Shown: positions 9,678 through 21,133 of the stretch, one piece after another
Layout: the number at the start of each line of letters is the position of its first letter
How positions within the stretch are numbered: the stretch's first letter is position 1
Assembly (NCBI GenBank): GCA_041752695.1
Contig: JBGSVZ010000035.1
Location: 125,618 to 189,617 of the forward strand
Direction of reading: 5' to 3'
Length of the DNA stretch: 64,000 bases
Source of the DNA: Terrimicrobiaceae bacterium
Lineage (GTDB): Bacteria; Verrucomicrobiota; Verrucomicrobiia; Chthoniobacterales; Terrimicrobiaceae
Notes under the pieces: model-generated
What the model saw: the letters and a program-made list of their open reading frames with translations, nothing else
Told to the model about the DNA's origin: nothing
The model's database searches: none
Translations under genes and position numbers: made by a program

Positions 9678-10751
9678 ATGAACCGAAAAGATCTTCCCAG
9701 GGAAATTCTCGAGACCATCGCCCGCGGTACGGTTATTCCCGCCTCGCCCCTCGCGTTGAACCGCTTCCGCCAGTTCGACGAACGTCGTCAGCGCGCGCTG
9801 ATGCGCTATTACATCGACGCCGGAGCCGGTGGTGTGGCAGTGGGCATGCATTTTACCCAGTTCGAAATCCGCCAGCCCGGGATCGATCTTTTTGAACCCG
9901 TCCTGCGGGTCTGCGCGGATGAGATCGACCGATGGTCCGCGGAGTCGGGCCGCCAGATCGTCAAGGTCGCCGGCATCAACGGCCTGACGGCGAGCGCGCT
10001 CCAGCAGGCCGAACTGGCCCGCGAACTCGGCTATCATGTGGGGATTGTTTCCATGGCGGCCTTCGGATCGGCGATGGAACAGGAGATGATTTTCCACATC
10101 CGCGAACTCGCCAAAGTCATGCCGCTCTTTGGGTTTTACCTGCTCACCGGAGTCGGCGGCATCAAACTTCCGTACCATTTCTGGCGCGAACTGGTGGAGG
10201 TGGAAAACGTGGTGGGGATCAAAATCGCGCCATTTGATCGCTACGGGACGATCGACGTGACGCGTGCCCTGGCGGACTCCGGCCGGGCCGACGAGGTCAC
10301 CCTTTACACCGGGAATGACGACAGCATCATCTATGATTTCATCACCCCGTATCGTTTCGGTCCGGAGGGCGGATCGTCGACCGTCCGCATTCGGGGCGGT
10401 TTGCTGGGACAATGGGGCTGCTGGACCCGGACGGCGGTCGATCTGCATGCAAAACTCCTCGAAATCGTGGACCATAATCTGCCGGCGACCCCGGAATTGC
10501 TCACCCTCTCGGCTCAGATTACCGACGCCAACGCGGCTCTTTTTGATCCCGCCCACAACTACCGGGGCAGCATCCCCGGCGTGAACGAAATCCTGCGCCG
10601 TCAGGGCCTGCTGGAAGGCATTTGGACTTTGAAACGCGAAGAGGTCCTTTCCCCGGGCCAGCTCGAGGAGATCGACCGCGTCTGCGCGGCCTACCCCCAC
10701 CTCACGGATGACGCCTTCGTGGAGGCGAACCGCGATCGCTGGCTGAACTGA
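9678..10751 (+). CDS. Dihydrodipicolinate synthase family aldolase/dehydratase
   Basis: GVAVGMHFTQF, VVGIKIAPF (Schiff-base Lys), LYTGNDD. Confidence 0.85.
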   Translation: MNRKDLPREILETIARGTVIPASPLALNRFRQFDERRQRALMRYYIDAGAGGVAVGMHFTQFEIRQPGIDLFEPVLRVCADEIDRWSAESGRQIVKVAGINGLTASALQQAELARELGYHVGIVSMAAFGSAMEQEMIFHIRELAKVMPLFGFYLLTGVGGIKLPYHFWRELVEVENVVGIKIAPFDRYGTIDVTRALADSGRADEVTLYTGNDDSIIYDFITPYRFGPEGGSSTVRIRGGLLGQWGCWTRTAVDLHAKLLEIVDHNLPATPELLTLSAQITDANAALFDPAHNYRGSIPGVNEILRRQGLLEGIWTLKREEVLSPGQLEEIDRVCAAYPHLTDDAFVEANRDRWLN

Positions 10752-10758
10752 CCCCTTT

Positions 10759-11808
10759 ATGAACATTCCCACCCTCGAAGACACGCCTCTGCCGGAAGCC
10801 TTTCGCGACGAAGCCCACCTCGAAGATTTTCTCGCCACGCCTCCCCGGGGTTTGGTGGAAGATTTTTCGACCCTGAGTGGAGACATTCTCATTCTGGGGG
10901 TGGCCGGAAAAGTCGGACCGACCCTGGCCATGATGGCAAAACGCGCCGCTCCGCAGAAACGGGTGTTCGGGGTGGCGCGGTTTTCGGACCCCGGGGTGAA
11001 ACTCCGCCTGGAAGCGGCCGGAGTGGAAACTCTCACCTGTGATCTGCTCGACCGGGAGGCCGTCGCCCGCCTGCCGCAATGCGAAAATGTCGTGTTCATG
11101 GCCGGCAAAAAATTTGGCACCACCGGCGGTGAGCCTTTCACTTGGGCGATGAATGCGGTGTGTCCGGCTTATGTGGCGGAACATTTTGCCGCCACCCGGT
11201 TCGTGGCTTTTTCCACCCTCTGCGTTTATCCCTTTTCCTCTGTGGATGGTCCGGGAGCCACCCCCGACAACACCGCACCCACTCCCCTGGGCGAGTACGC
11301 CAATTCCTGCGTGGCCCGCGAACGGGTCTTCCAGCACTTTTCCGAAAAAACCGGGAGCCCGGGCCGGCTGGCGAGGCTGAACTATGCGATCGATTGCCGC
11401 TATGGCGTCTTGCTGGATGTGGCCCAGAAAGTTTGGGCCGGCAGCCCCATTGATATCCGAACCGGAGTGGCCAACTGCATCTGGCAGGGAGATGCGGTGT
11501 CTCACATTCTCCGCTGTCTGAAGCAGGGACTCCTCCCCGCGAAAGCTATCAACATCGGGGCTCCCAGGACCACCAACATCCGCCAGGCGGCGGAGCGCTT
11601 CGGAGAACTCTTCGGGCGGGCTCCGATTTTTACCGCCAGCGAAGAACCGACTGCGTGGCACAATGATTGTTCGGAGGCGCAGGAATTATTTGGTGACCCT
11701 GTGGTCAACCTGGATGCCATGATTCGCTGGAACGCGGACTGGCTGCAACGCGGCATGCCGCTCCATCACAAACCCACCCACTACGAGGAACGGGCCGGCG
11801 CCTTTTAG
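10759..11808 (+). CDS. NAD-dependent epimerase/dehydratase
   Basis: ILGVAGKVG Rossmann motif, GEYANSC, RLNYA. Confidence 0.85.
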   Translation: MNIPTLEDTPLPEAFRDEAHLEDFLATPPRGLVEDFSTLSGDILILGVAGKVGPTLAMMAKRAAPQKRVFGVARFSDPGVKLRLEAAGVETLTCDLLDREAVARLPQCENVVFMAGKKFGTTGGEPFTWAMNAVCPAYVAEHFAATRFVAFSTLCVYPFSSVDGPGATPDNTAPTPLGEYANSCVARERVFQHFSEKTGSPGRLARLNYAIDCRYGVLLDVAQKVWAGSPIDIRTGVANCIWQGDAVSHILRCLKQGLLPAKAINIGAPRTTNIRQAAERFGELFGRAPIFTASEEPTAWHNDCSEAQELFGDPVVNLDAMIRWNADWLQRGMPLHHKPTHYEERAGAF

Positions 11809-11816
11809 CGGACACG

Positions 11817-12992
11817 ATGACGGCGATAAATCCCCCCGGCCGGCTGGACATTCCAGCGCGCATCCTTTTCGGCGGCGGATGTCGGTCCCGACTGCCCGAA
11901 CTCGTTCGGGAACTGGGGGGAAGCCGGGTCCTGCTCGTGACCGATCCCGGGATCGTCCAGCTCGGCAGGGCCGCAGAGATTTCCTCCCTCCTGCGCTCCA
12001 CGGGCCTCGATGTCGCAATTTTTGCCGAAGTTCAACCGGACCCAACCGACGAAAACGTTGCCCAGGGAGTCGTCGCGCTGGAGGCCCATGGATCGGACAT
12101 CGTGGTGGCCCTGGGCGGAGGGTCCCCGATTGATGTCGCCAAGGTCATCGCCATTCGTCCGCGAAATCAGGACCCACTGCCGGAATACATGGGTCTCCAC
12201 AAAATTCCGCGGGCGGGGCTGCCGCTCATCGTGCTGCCCACCACGGCCGGCACGGGAAGCGAGGCCACCAAGGTCGCGGTGATCACCGATACCCAACGGG
12301 GGGTGAAAATGATGATGCTCAGCGCCCCGTTGCTGCCGGCGGCCGCCTTGGTGGACTACGAACTCAGCCTGGGCATGCCGAAAATGCTGACCGCCGCGGT
12401 GGGGGTGGACACGCTGACTCATGGCATCGAAGCCTACGTGTCCCGCAAGGCAAACGCCTTCACCGATCCCCTCGCCCTCCAGTGCGTGGCGCTGGCCGCG
12501 ACGCATCTGGAAACAGCCTGGCGAGAGCCCGGAAATCACGCTGCCCGCGAAGGCATGATGATCTCTGCGACCCTCGGCGGCATGGCGTTTTCCAACAGCA
12601 GCGTTGCCCTCGTCCACGGCATGAGCCGCCCGATCGGCGCGGTGTTTCATCTGCCTCACGGGCTTTCCAATGCCGTTTTGCTTCCGGCCGTAACCCGGTT
12701 TTCCGCCAACGCCAGCCCCCAGAGATACGCGACCCTTGCCAGGACCGTGGGATGCGCGGAGAACACGCATTCGGATACCGAGGCCTGCGCGGCGCTCATC
12801 GTCTGGCTCGAGCACTTTAATCGCACGCTGGAGATTCCCCGACTTTCCGAATGCCACGGGGTCACGCGGGAAATTTTCGAAACGAACGTGGAACGGATGG
12901 CCGACGATGCCCTCGCCTCGGGTAGCCCAGCCAACAATCCCCGGGTTCCCACCCGCGACGAAATCACCGCGCTCTATCGCGAGGCTTTTTAA
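11817..12992 (+). CDS. Iron-containing alcohol dehydrogenase
   Basis: GGGSPIDVAK, PTTAGTGSE, D.LTH.IE, HG..NA. Confidence 0.93.
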   Translation: MTAINPPGRLDIPARILFGGGCRSRLPELVRELGGSRVLLVTDPGIVQLGRAAEISSLLRSTGLDVAIFAEVQPDPTDENVAQGVVALEAHGSDIVVALGGGSPIDVAKVIAIRPRNQDPLPEYMGLHKIPRAGLPLIVLPTTAGTGSEATKVAVITDTQRGVKMMMLSAPLLPAAALVDYELSLGMPKMLTAAVGVDTLTHGIEAYVSRKANAFTDPLALQCVALAATHLETAWREPGNHAAREGMMISATLGGMAFSNSSVALVHGMSRPIGAVFHLPHGLSNAVLLPAVTRFSANASPQRYATLARTVGCAENTHSDTEACAALIVWLEHFNRTLEIPRLSECHGVTREIFETNVERMADDALASGSPANNPRVPTRDEITALYREAF

Positions 12993-13024
12993 GAGTTCCT
13001 TTTTCCACCCGCCGGGGCCGGAAC

Positions 13025-14128
13025 TTAAAGAGCCACCCTCCCGGGCGCGAGTCCCGGGGGGAGCGGTTCAGGTCGGCTCATGGAACTGGCCAGTTCCACC
13101 CGGCGGCCCGCCTCGGCGGAATCCACGATGGAATGCATCAGATCAAGAACGTGAAAAGCCACCCGCTCGTTGGCGCGGTGTTCCCGCCCGTTGACGATGG
13201 CGTTGACCATGTCCGCCACCCCCAGCCCGCGGCTGTTTTCGGTGTAGCCGAATTCGCTCGGCATCTCGCGCCACTCGGTCTCATCGCGCTTCCGGAGGAG
13301 AATTGGCCCGTTAAAAGTGTTGGGATCGGGCACGACCAGCGTGCCCTCCGAGCCGTAAATCTCAATGTTGCGAAACTGGGATCCTACGACATCGAAACTG
13401 GTCGTGAGGGTCACCACCGGACCGGAATCGAACTCCAGCACGCCGGTCACAAAAGTGGGCACCTCCACCGTGATGTTCGAACCGGCGAGGGGCTGGCTGG
13501 TGATCTGACGTTCCTTGAAGCTCATCCGGGCCGCGCCACTCACGCGACCGACCGGACCCAGCAAGGTGGTGAAAGCGGTGAGATAATACGGCCCCATGTC
13601 AAAAAGCGGACCCGCGCCTTTTTTATAAAAAAACTCGGGGTTGGGGTGCCAGCTCTCCGGCCCGCGGCTGAGCATGAACCCCGTGCCGCCCACCGGCACG
13701 CCGATGGCCCCTGAGTCGATCAGCTTCCGGCAGGTTTGGAGGCCCCCCCCCAGAAACGTGTCCGGCGCACAGCCGATGCGGACCTTTTTTTCCCGCGCCA
13801 ACCCGATCATCTCCCGGGCCTCGCGGCGGCGCAGCGTCAGCGGCTTTTCATTGTAAACGTGTTTCCCCTTTTTGATCGCCCGGGTGGCGATCTCGCCATG
13901 GGCGGCTGGCACGGTCAGATTAATCACCAATTTAACGTCGGAGGAAGAAAGCAGCTCCTCCACCGTGAGCACTTTGGGGATACCGTGCTCGGAGGCGAGG
14001 GCCTCAGCGCGGCTGACTTCCAGGTCAGCACAGGCAACAATGTCGAGATCTGCGAACTTCTTGCCCGCCTCGGCGTAGATTTTGCTGATGTTGCCACACC
14101 CGATAATTCCGACAGGAAACTTGCTCAT
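13025..14128 (-). CDS. Gfo/Idh/MocA oxidoreductase
   Basis: IIGCGNIS, EKP, GPLFDMGPYY. Confidence 0.9.
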   Translation of the reverse strand: MSKFPVGIIGCGNISKIYAEAGKKFADLDIVACADLEVSRAEALASEHGIPKVLTVEELLSSSDVKLVINLTVPAAHGEIATRAIKKGKHVYNEKPLTLRRREAREMIGLAREKKVRIGCAPDTFLGGGLQTCRKLIDSGAIGVPVGGTGFMLSRGPESWHPNPEFFYKKGAGPLFDMGPYYLTAFTTLLGPVGRVSGAARMSFKERQITSQPLAGSNITVEVPTFVTGVLEFDSGPVVTLTTSFDVVGSQFRNIEIYGSEGTLVVPDPNTFNGPILLRKRDETEWREMPSEFGYTENSRGLGVADMVNAIVNGREHRANERVAFHVLDLMHSIVDSAEAGRRVELASSMSRPEPLPPGLAPGRVAL

Positions 14129-14226
14129 AATTCGTCGATGGTTTCCCGGTTATGAAAGTCCATCCGGGATTGCCAGCCAATTTTTCCCGGGCTCGACATT
14201 CCGGCCATGTCCGTTATGCTCATGTT

Positions 14227-14970
14227 GTGTCCCCCCTGACCGCTGAGTTCCTCGGCACGGCTCTATTGATCGTGCTCGGAGATGGCGTCGTGGCCAACGT
14301 CGTGCTGGCCAAATCGAAGGGCCAGAACTCCGGATGGATCGTCATATCGGCGGGTTGGGCCTTCGCGGTCTTTGTCGCTGTCTTCGCCACCGCCCGCATC
14401 AGCGGCGCGCACCTTAATCCCGCCGTGTCGGTGGCTCTCGCCATCACCGGGGCGTTTTCTTGGTCGCTGGTGCCAGGATACATCGTCGCGCAAATCCTGG
14501 GGGCCTTCGCCGGCGGCATCGTTGTCTGGCTGGCCTATCTGCCCCATTGGAAAGAAACCGAGGACGCCGACGCGAAGCGGGCCGTTTTTTGCACCGCCCC
14601 CGCCATCCGAAGCGCGCCCGCGAACTTCCTCTGCGAATTCATTGCGACGTTCGTCTTTATTTTGGGTGTGCTCACGATCAAGGGCGCCGTGGAAGACCCT
14701 CTCAGCGCGGCATCCATTCCCATCGATCTCGGCGCCCTCGGTGCCATCCCCGTCGCCCTGCTGGTCTGGGCCATTGGCCTATCCCTGGGCGGACCGACCG
14801 GCTACGCCATCAATCCCGCCCGCGACTTCGGTCCGCGCCTCGCCCATTTTCTTCTCCCCATCGCGGGAAAATCCCACAGCGACTGGGCGTATTCCTGGGT
14901 CCCCATCCTGGCTCCCCTCGCCGGAGCCGCCAGCGCCGCCGCCCTCTACCTCGCCCTCGGAAAATACTAA
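14227..14970 (+). CDS. glpF: Glycerol uptake facilitator (MIP)
   Basis: SGAHLNPAV and GYAINPARD; upstream of glpK. Confidence 0.92.
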   Translation: MSPLTAEFLGTALLIVLGDGVVANVVLAKSKGQNSGWIVISAGWAFAVFVAVFATARISGAHLNPAVSVALAITGAFSWSLVPGYIVAQILGAFAGGIVVWLAYLPHWKETEDADAKRAVFCTAPAIRSAPANFLCEFIATFVFILGVLTIKGAVEDPLSAASIPIDLGALGAIPVALLVWAIGLSLGGPTGYAINPARDFGPRLAHFLLPIAGKSHSDWAYSWVPILAPLAGAASAAALYLALGKY

Positions 14971-14996
14971 CACCACCAACAAAAACAGATTTTTGA

Positions 14997-15060
14997 ACAG
15001 AAGATAACTAAGGAAACAAAGAGTATCTTTCCAGCCTTCGTTACCTTCGTTTCCTTCTGT
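14997..15060. repeat. Imperfect inverted repeat with 9-bp internal periodicity
   Basis: ACAGAAGATAACTAAGGAAACAAAG ... CTTCGTTACCTTCGTTTCCTTCTGT. Confidence 0.6.
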
Positions 15061-15079
15061 AAAATCCTCCTCTCCGCCC

Positions 15080-16561
<1,482 letters not shown>

Positions 16562-16672
16562 CCCCTACTTTTCCCAAAAACTGGAAATTCGGCCAGCCCG
16601 ATACAGCGCCTAAACCCCAACACCTCTTCCCATTAGTGATTCTTAGTGTTCATTAGTGGTGAACTCTTCCTT

Positions 16673-18226
16673 ATGAACCGCGAACAAATGCTCCAACGTC
16701 TCACCACCGAAACGGCCTGGGACGTCATCATCATCGGCGGAGGCGCCACCGGCCTCGGCGTCGCCGTGGACTCAGCCACCCGGGGTCTCAAGACCCTCCT
16801 GCTGGAAGCCCACGACTTCTGCAAAGGCACCTCCAGCCGCAGCACAAAACTCGTCCACGGCGGCGTGCGTTACCTCGAACAAGGCGACATCCCGCTGGTC
16901 CTCGAAGCCCTGCGCGAACGCGGCCTGCTGCATCGCAACGCCCCGCACATCGTCCACCATCTCTCTTTTATCGTCCCACGCTACAAATGGTGGGAAGGCC
17001 CGTTCTTCGGCATCGGGATGAAAGTTTATGATGCCCTCGCCGGAAAACTAAACCTCTCTCCGTCGAAAATTCTCTCGCGCGAAGAAACCATTCGCCGCAT
17101 TCCGAATATCGAACCGGAAAATCTTTTGGGTGGTGTGGAGTATTTCGACGGCCAGTTTGACGATTCCCGCCTCGCCATTACCCTGGCGCAGACCGCCGCC
17201 GACCATGGCGCGACCCTCCTCAACTACACCTCTGTCACCGGCCTGACCAAATCCGAGGGCATGACCAGCGGCCTCACCTGCCGCGATGAGGAGACCGGAC
17301 AGACCCACGAACTCAAGGCCCGGGTGATCATCAACGCCACCGGGATTTTCGCCGATGACATCCGTCTGATGGACGAACCCACCGTCGCGCGCGCGGTCCA
17401 GCCCAGTCAGGGCGTTCACCTGGTTTTTGACCGGACCTTTCTCCAGGGGGATTCTGCCATCATGGTGCCGCACACCGACGACGGACGCGTTCTTTTTGTC
17501 ATTCCCTGGCATGACAAAGTTCTCGTTGGCACCACCGACACCGCGATGGATAAAGCGGAACTCGAGCCCCGCGCACTCGACGAAGAAATTGGCTTCATCC
17601 TACGCAACGCCGCGCGCTATCTCGCCCGTGATCCCAAAAAAGAAGACATCCTGAGCATTTTCGCCGGTCAGCGCCCGCTCGTCCGCAAGCCCGGCAAGGA
17701 CGGCGGCGCGACGAAAGCCATTTCCCGGAACCACGAGGTGCTTGTCTCCGATTCCGGCCTCGTCACCATCGTGGGCGGAAAGTGGACCACCTACCGCAAG
17801 ATGGCCGAGGACACCCTGAATCATGCGACGCTCATCGGCGGCCTTCCGGAAACATCCTGCTCCACCGAGACCCTGCAACTGCACGGCTACCGCAGCCCGC
17901 ACGCCGCCCCGCTTCCCGCCGCCTACGCGGTTTACGGATCGGACGCGCCGAAACTCGAGCAACTCGGGGCCGACGTCCGCCTCCACCACCGCCTGCCCTA
18001 CACCAAGGCCAATGTGCAGTGGGCGGTGCGTTTCGAAATGGCCCGCACGGTGGAAGATGTCCTCTCCCGCCGCACCCGCGCCCTCCTCCTGGATGCCCAG
18101 GCCGCGCTCGAAATGGCCCCGGAAACCGCGGCTATTCTGGCGGCGGAACTCGGCAAAGACAAAGCCTGGGAAGCCGCGCAGTTGGAGGATTTTCGCAAAC
18201 TCGCCCTGGGCTACCTTCCCGCGTAA
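16673..18226 (+). CDS. glpD: Glycerol-3-phosphate dehydrogenase (FAD)
   Basis: IGGGATG, GTSSRSTKLVHGGVRYL, GGKWTTYR. Confidence 0.94.
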   Translation: MNREQMLQRLTTETAWDVIIIGGGATGLGVAVDSATRGLKTLLLEAHDFCKGTSSRSTKLVHGGVRYLEQGDIPLVLEALRERGLLHRNAPHIVHHLSFIVPRYKWWEGPFFGIGMKVYDALAGKLNLSPSKILSREETIRRIPNIEPENLLGGVEYFDGQFDDSRLAITLAQTAADHGATLLNYTSVTGLTKSEGMTSGLTCRDEETGQTHELKARVIINATGIFADDIRLMDEPTVARAVQPSQGVHLVFDRTFLQGDSAIMVPHTDDGRVLFVIPWHDKVLVGTTDTAMDKAELEPRALDEEIGFILRNAARYLARDPKKEDILSIFAGQRPLVRKPGKDGGATKAISRNHEVLVSDSGLVTIVGGKWTTYRKMAEDTLNHATLIGGLPETSCSTETLQLHGYRSPHAAPLPAAYAVYGSDAPKLEQLGADVRLHHRLPYTKANVQWAVRFEMARTVEDVLSRRTRALLLDAQAALEMAPETAAILAAELGKDKAWEAAQLEDFRKLALGYLPA

Positions 18227-18861
18227 GCCATGCGGCGAGCCGCAGACTGCGAGGATTCCAGCGGACGAGGACGGTACGGCTGCCAGACCGGCGGCGAGGC
18301 CCGGCGCTGCAAAAGGTCCCGCTGAATGCGCGCACAGTCCCCGGGCCCGAGCAGGTCCGGATGAATCGTCGTGCGGAGCTGGTGCGCCACGCCGGAAGCC
18401 ACCACGATTTCGAGGGAACGTTCCACCCGCGCCGCGCATCCCGGGCGTCCTGTTACGCGATCGTAGCGATCGTCAAAGGGCGCTTTGATATCCAGGCCCA
18501 CCCAGTCCACCAGGGGCAGCACGGCCTGCAAACGCTCGGGAAAGATTCCCGCGGTGTGGAGCCCGATTTTAAATCCCAAGTCGCGCACCTCCCGCATGGC
18601 CTGACCCAGCCCCGCCTGCAAGGTGGGCTCTCCGCCGCTGAATACCACCGCTTCCAACAGTCCCGTGCGGTCTTTCAAAAACGCCTTCACCCGCGACCAG
18701 CTCCAGCGGGTGGCGACCGCCGAACGGCAGGCCTGCAGGTGCGAATTATGACAATACCCACAACGCCACGGACATCCCTGGCAAAAGATGACCGCGGCAA
18801 GGTGATCCGGATAGTCTACCGTAGTGAACGCCGCGAGGCCTCCAATCGAGATCGGGTTCAA
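18211..18861 (-). CDS. nrdG: Anaerobic RNR activating radical SAM enzyme
   Basis: CQGCPWRCGYCHN, SGGEPT; TTG start overlaps the stop of the upstream small ORF. Confidence 0.9.
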   Translation of the reverse strand: MNPISIGGLAAFTTVDYPDHLAAVIFCQGCPWRCGYCHNSHLQACRSAVATRWSWSRVKAFLKDRTGLLEAVVFSGGEPTLQAGLGQAMREVRDLGFKIGLHTAGIFPERLQAVLPLVDWVGLDIKAPFDDRYDRVTGRPGCAARVERSLEIVVASGVAHQLRTTIHPDLLGPGDCARIQRDLLQRRASPPVWQPYRPRPLESSQSAARRMAYAGR

Positions 18862-19037
18862 TTCTGCCCCTCCTCCCGTTTCGCGTCGTCGACACATTCC
18901 CGATAGGACAGACGCTCGGCGTGTTCGCTGCGTTTGCCGGCGTTAAATTGCGAGACGGGCCGATGGTAGCCCATCACGCGTGTCCAGACCTCACAGGGCT
19001 GGCGTTCGTGGTCTTCGAGTTTGATGGCGGTTTTCAT
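18858..19037 (-). CDS. Stand-alone NrdD glycyl-radical C-terminal domain (59 aa)
   Basis: CEVWTRVMGYHRPVSQFNAGKRSEH.ER; own ATG 5 nt after the nrdD stop. Confidence 0.88.
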   Translation of the reverse strand: MKTAIKLEDHERQPCEVWTRVMGYHRPVSQFNAGKRSEHAERLSYRECVDDAKREEGQN

Positions 19038-19042
19038 AAGAT

Positions 19043-21115
19043 TTACGCGACGGCCGCGAGTTGTTTGGCCTGCAGCCGCTCGGCGTCGCATCGCGGGCAG
19101 AACGGATGCTCCCCGGCCAGATAGCCGTGAGCGGGGCAGATGGAGAACGTGGGAGTGATGGTGATGTAAGGAACGCGGAAGCGCGTGAGCAAACGCCGCA
19201 CGACTTCCCGGCAGGCCCGACTGCTCGAAATCCGCTCATTCATGTAAAGATGAAAAACCGTGCCTCCGGTGTATTGCCGTTGCAGGTCCTCCTGATGCGC
19301 CAGCGCGGCAATGGGATCATCGGTCCAACCCACCGGCAGTTGCGTCGAATTCGTGTAATACGGGGCCTCCGGCGTTCCGGCTTGAAGGATGCCCGGAAAC
19401 TTCTGCCGGTCCGCCCGTGCAAACCGGTAGGTCGCCCCCTCCGCCGGCGACGCTTCCAAATTATACAGATGCCCGGTTTCCTCCTGAAACCTCACCATCC
19501 CCGCCCTCATGTGGGCAAGGATCCTCAGGGCAAAATCCCTGCCCCAGGGCGTGGCAATATTTTCTGCGCCGCCGGTGAAATTGAGAATGCATTCGTTGAC
19601 GCCGTTGATTCCCACCGTGGAAAAATGGTTGCGCAGGGTGCCCAGATACCGCCGCGTGAAGGGAAAAAGCCCGTTGTCCATTTGCTCCTGGATCACGCGC
19701 CGTTTCCGCTCGAGGCTATCCCTCGCCATGCCCATCAGCCGGTCCAACTGTTCGAACAGGGCCGCTTCGACGCCCGAATACAGGTAACCGAGACGCGCCG
19801 CATTGATCGTCACCACGCCAATCGAGCCCGTCTGCTCGGCCGAACCAAAGAGTCCGTTACCCCGCTTGAGGAGTTCGCGCAGGTCGAGCTGCAGCCGGCA
19901 ACACATGGAACGAACCATCCCGGGGTGCAGGTCGGAGTTCAGAAAATTCTGAAAATACGGCAGCCCATACTTGGCAGTCATCTCGAAGAGCAGGTCGCTA
20001 TTCGGTCCCTCCCAAGGAAAATCCTCCGTCACATTGTAGGTCGGAATGGGAAACGTGAAGACCCGTTCCCGCGCGTCACCCGCCATCATCACTTCCAGAT
20101 AGGCGCGGTTCAGCATGTCCATCTCCTGCTGCAGATCCCCATAGGTGAAGGGCGCATTTTTGCCCGCAATCACCGGGTGTTGGGTCCGCAGATCCTCCGG
20201 ACAGGAAAGATCGAAGGTCAGATTGGTGAAGGGTGTCTGCGTGCCCCAGCGCGAAGGGACATTGAGGTTAAAAACAAACTCCTGCATGTTCTGCCGCACG
20301 TCGTCATAGGTGAGTCCCTCGATGCGCACATAGGGCGCAAGATAGGTATCGAAGGAACTGAAGGCCTGCGCACCCGCCCATTCATTTTGCAACGTGCCCA
20401 GGAAATTCACCATCTGCCCAAGCGCCGTGCGCAGCCTCCGCGGCGGCCCGGACTCCACTTTGTTCGGCACGCCATTAAATCCTTCCGCAAGGAGGGCGCG
20501 CAAAGACCAGCCCGCACAGTAGCCGGAGAACATGTCGAGGTCGTGAATGTGAAAATCCCCCTCGCGGTGGGCCTCGCCGATTTCTTCGGGGTAAATTTCA
20601 CTCAGCCAGTAGTTCGCCGTCACTTTGCCGGCCACACTTAGGATCATTCCTCCCAGCGAATACCCCTGGTTGGCATTAGCCTGCACCCGCCAGTCGCTGC
20701 GTCCGACATATTCCTGCACGGAGGCCACCGCATTGACCAGCGCCAGCCCACGCTGGCGCAGAGCCCGCCGCCGCTCCCCGCAGGCAATCGAGGCACGCAC
20801 GGCTCCCATAAATCCACCCGCCGCCAGCACCTCTTCGACCAGGCGCTGTAGTTCCTCCGCGGCCACCACGCGCACACGATGGGAGACGGCCAGCCGCCGC
20901 AGCACCAGCTCGCCCAGGGATGCCGCCTCGTCCGCGCCGAACTCCCCACTCGCCCGCCCGCTGCTTTCCAGAACCCGCACCAATTTTCCCGCCTCGAAGG
21001 CCTGGATTTTGCCACCCCGTTTTCGCACGCACACCGGCAGGTTACGGGGCACATCCAAAAGCCAGCGCTGGTCCGGCGTCACGGTGCGCCGGTTGGCATC
21101 GGGGTTGTCGCTCAT
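19043..21115 (-). CDS. nrdD: Class III ribonucleoside-triphosphate reductase, large subunit lacking the Gly-radical motif
   Basis: Degenerate ATP cone, HIHDL, GYCAGW, SMCCRL, YYTNST, CPAH...CPRC. Confidence 0.93.
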   Translation of the reverse strand: MSDNPDANRRTVTPDQRWLLDVPRNLPVCVRKRGGKIQAFEAGKLVRVLESSGRASGEFGADEAASLGELVLRRLAVSHRVRVVAAEELQRLVEEVLAAGGFMGAVRASIACGERRRALRQRGLALVNAVASVQEYVGRSDWRVQANANQGYSLGGMILSVAGKVTANYWLSEIYPEEIGEAHREGDFHIHDLDMFSGYCAGWSLRALLAEGFNGVPNKVESGPPRRLRTALGQMVNFLGTLQNEWAGAQAFSSFDTYLAPYVRIEGLTYDDVRQNMQEFVFNLNVPSRWGTQTPFTNLTFDLSCPEDLRTQHPVIAGKNAPFTYGDLQQEMDMLNRAYLEVMMAGDARERVFTFPIPTYNVTEDFPWEGPNSDLLFEMTAKYGLPYFQNFLNSDLHPGMVRSMCCRLQLDLRELLKRGNGLFGSAEQTGSIGVVTINAARLGYLYSGVEAALFEQLDRLMGMARDSLERKRRVIQEQMDNGLFPFTRRYLGTLRNHFSTVGINGVNECILNFTGGAENIATPWGRDFALRILAHMRAGMVRFQEETGHLYNLEASPAEGATYRFARADRQKFPGILQAGTPEAPYYTNSTQLPVGWTDDPIAALAHQEDLQRQYTGGTVFHLYMNERISSSRACREVVRRLLTRFRVPYITITPTFSICPAHGYLAGEHPFCPRCDAERLQAKQLAAVA

Positions 21116-21133
21116 CAGATTGCCTTTCCTAAG

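Noticed and set aside
8394..11141. 915-aa minus-strand ORF, and similar long ORFs at 4047-5510, 19061-20641, 21698-23512, 25429-27426 and 37542-39647
   Set aside because: Antisense shadows of well-supported genes in GC-rich DNA; no recognisable motifs
19035..19045. Stop-codon readthrough or selenocysteine joining nrdD to the small ORF
   Set aside because: The stop is TAA, the downstream ORF is in another frame with its own ATG, and no slippery sequence is evident
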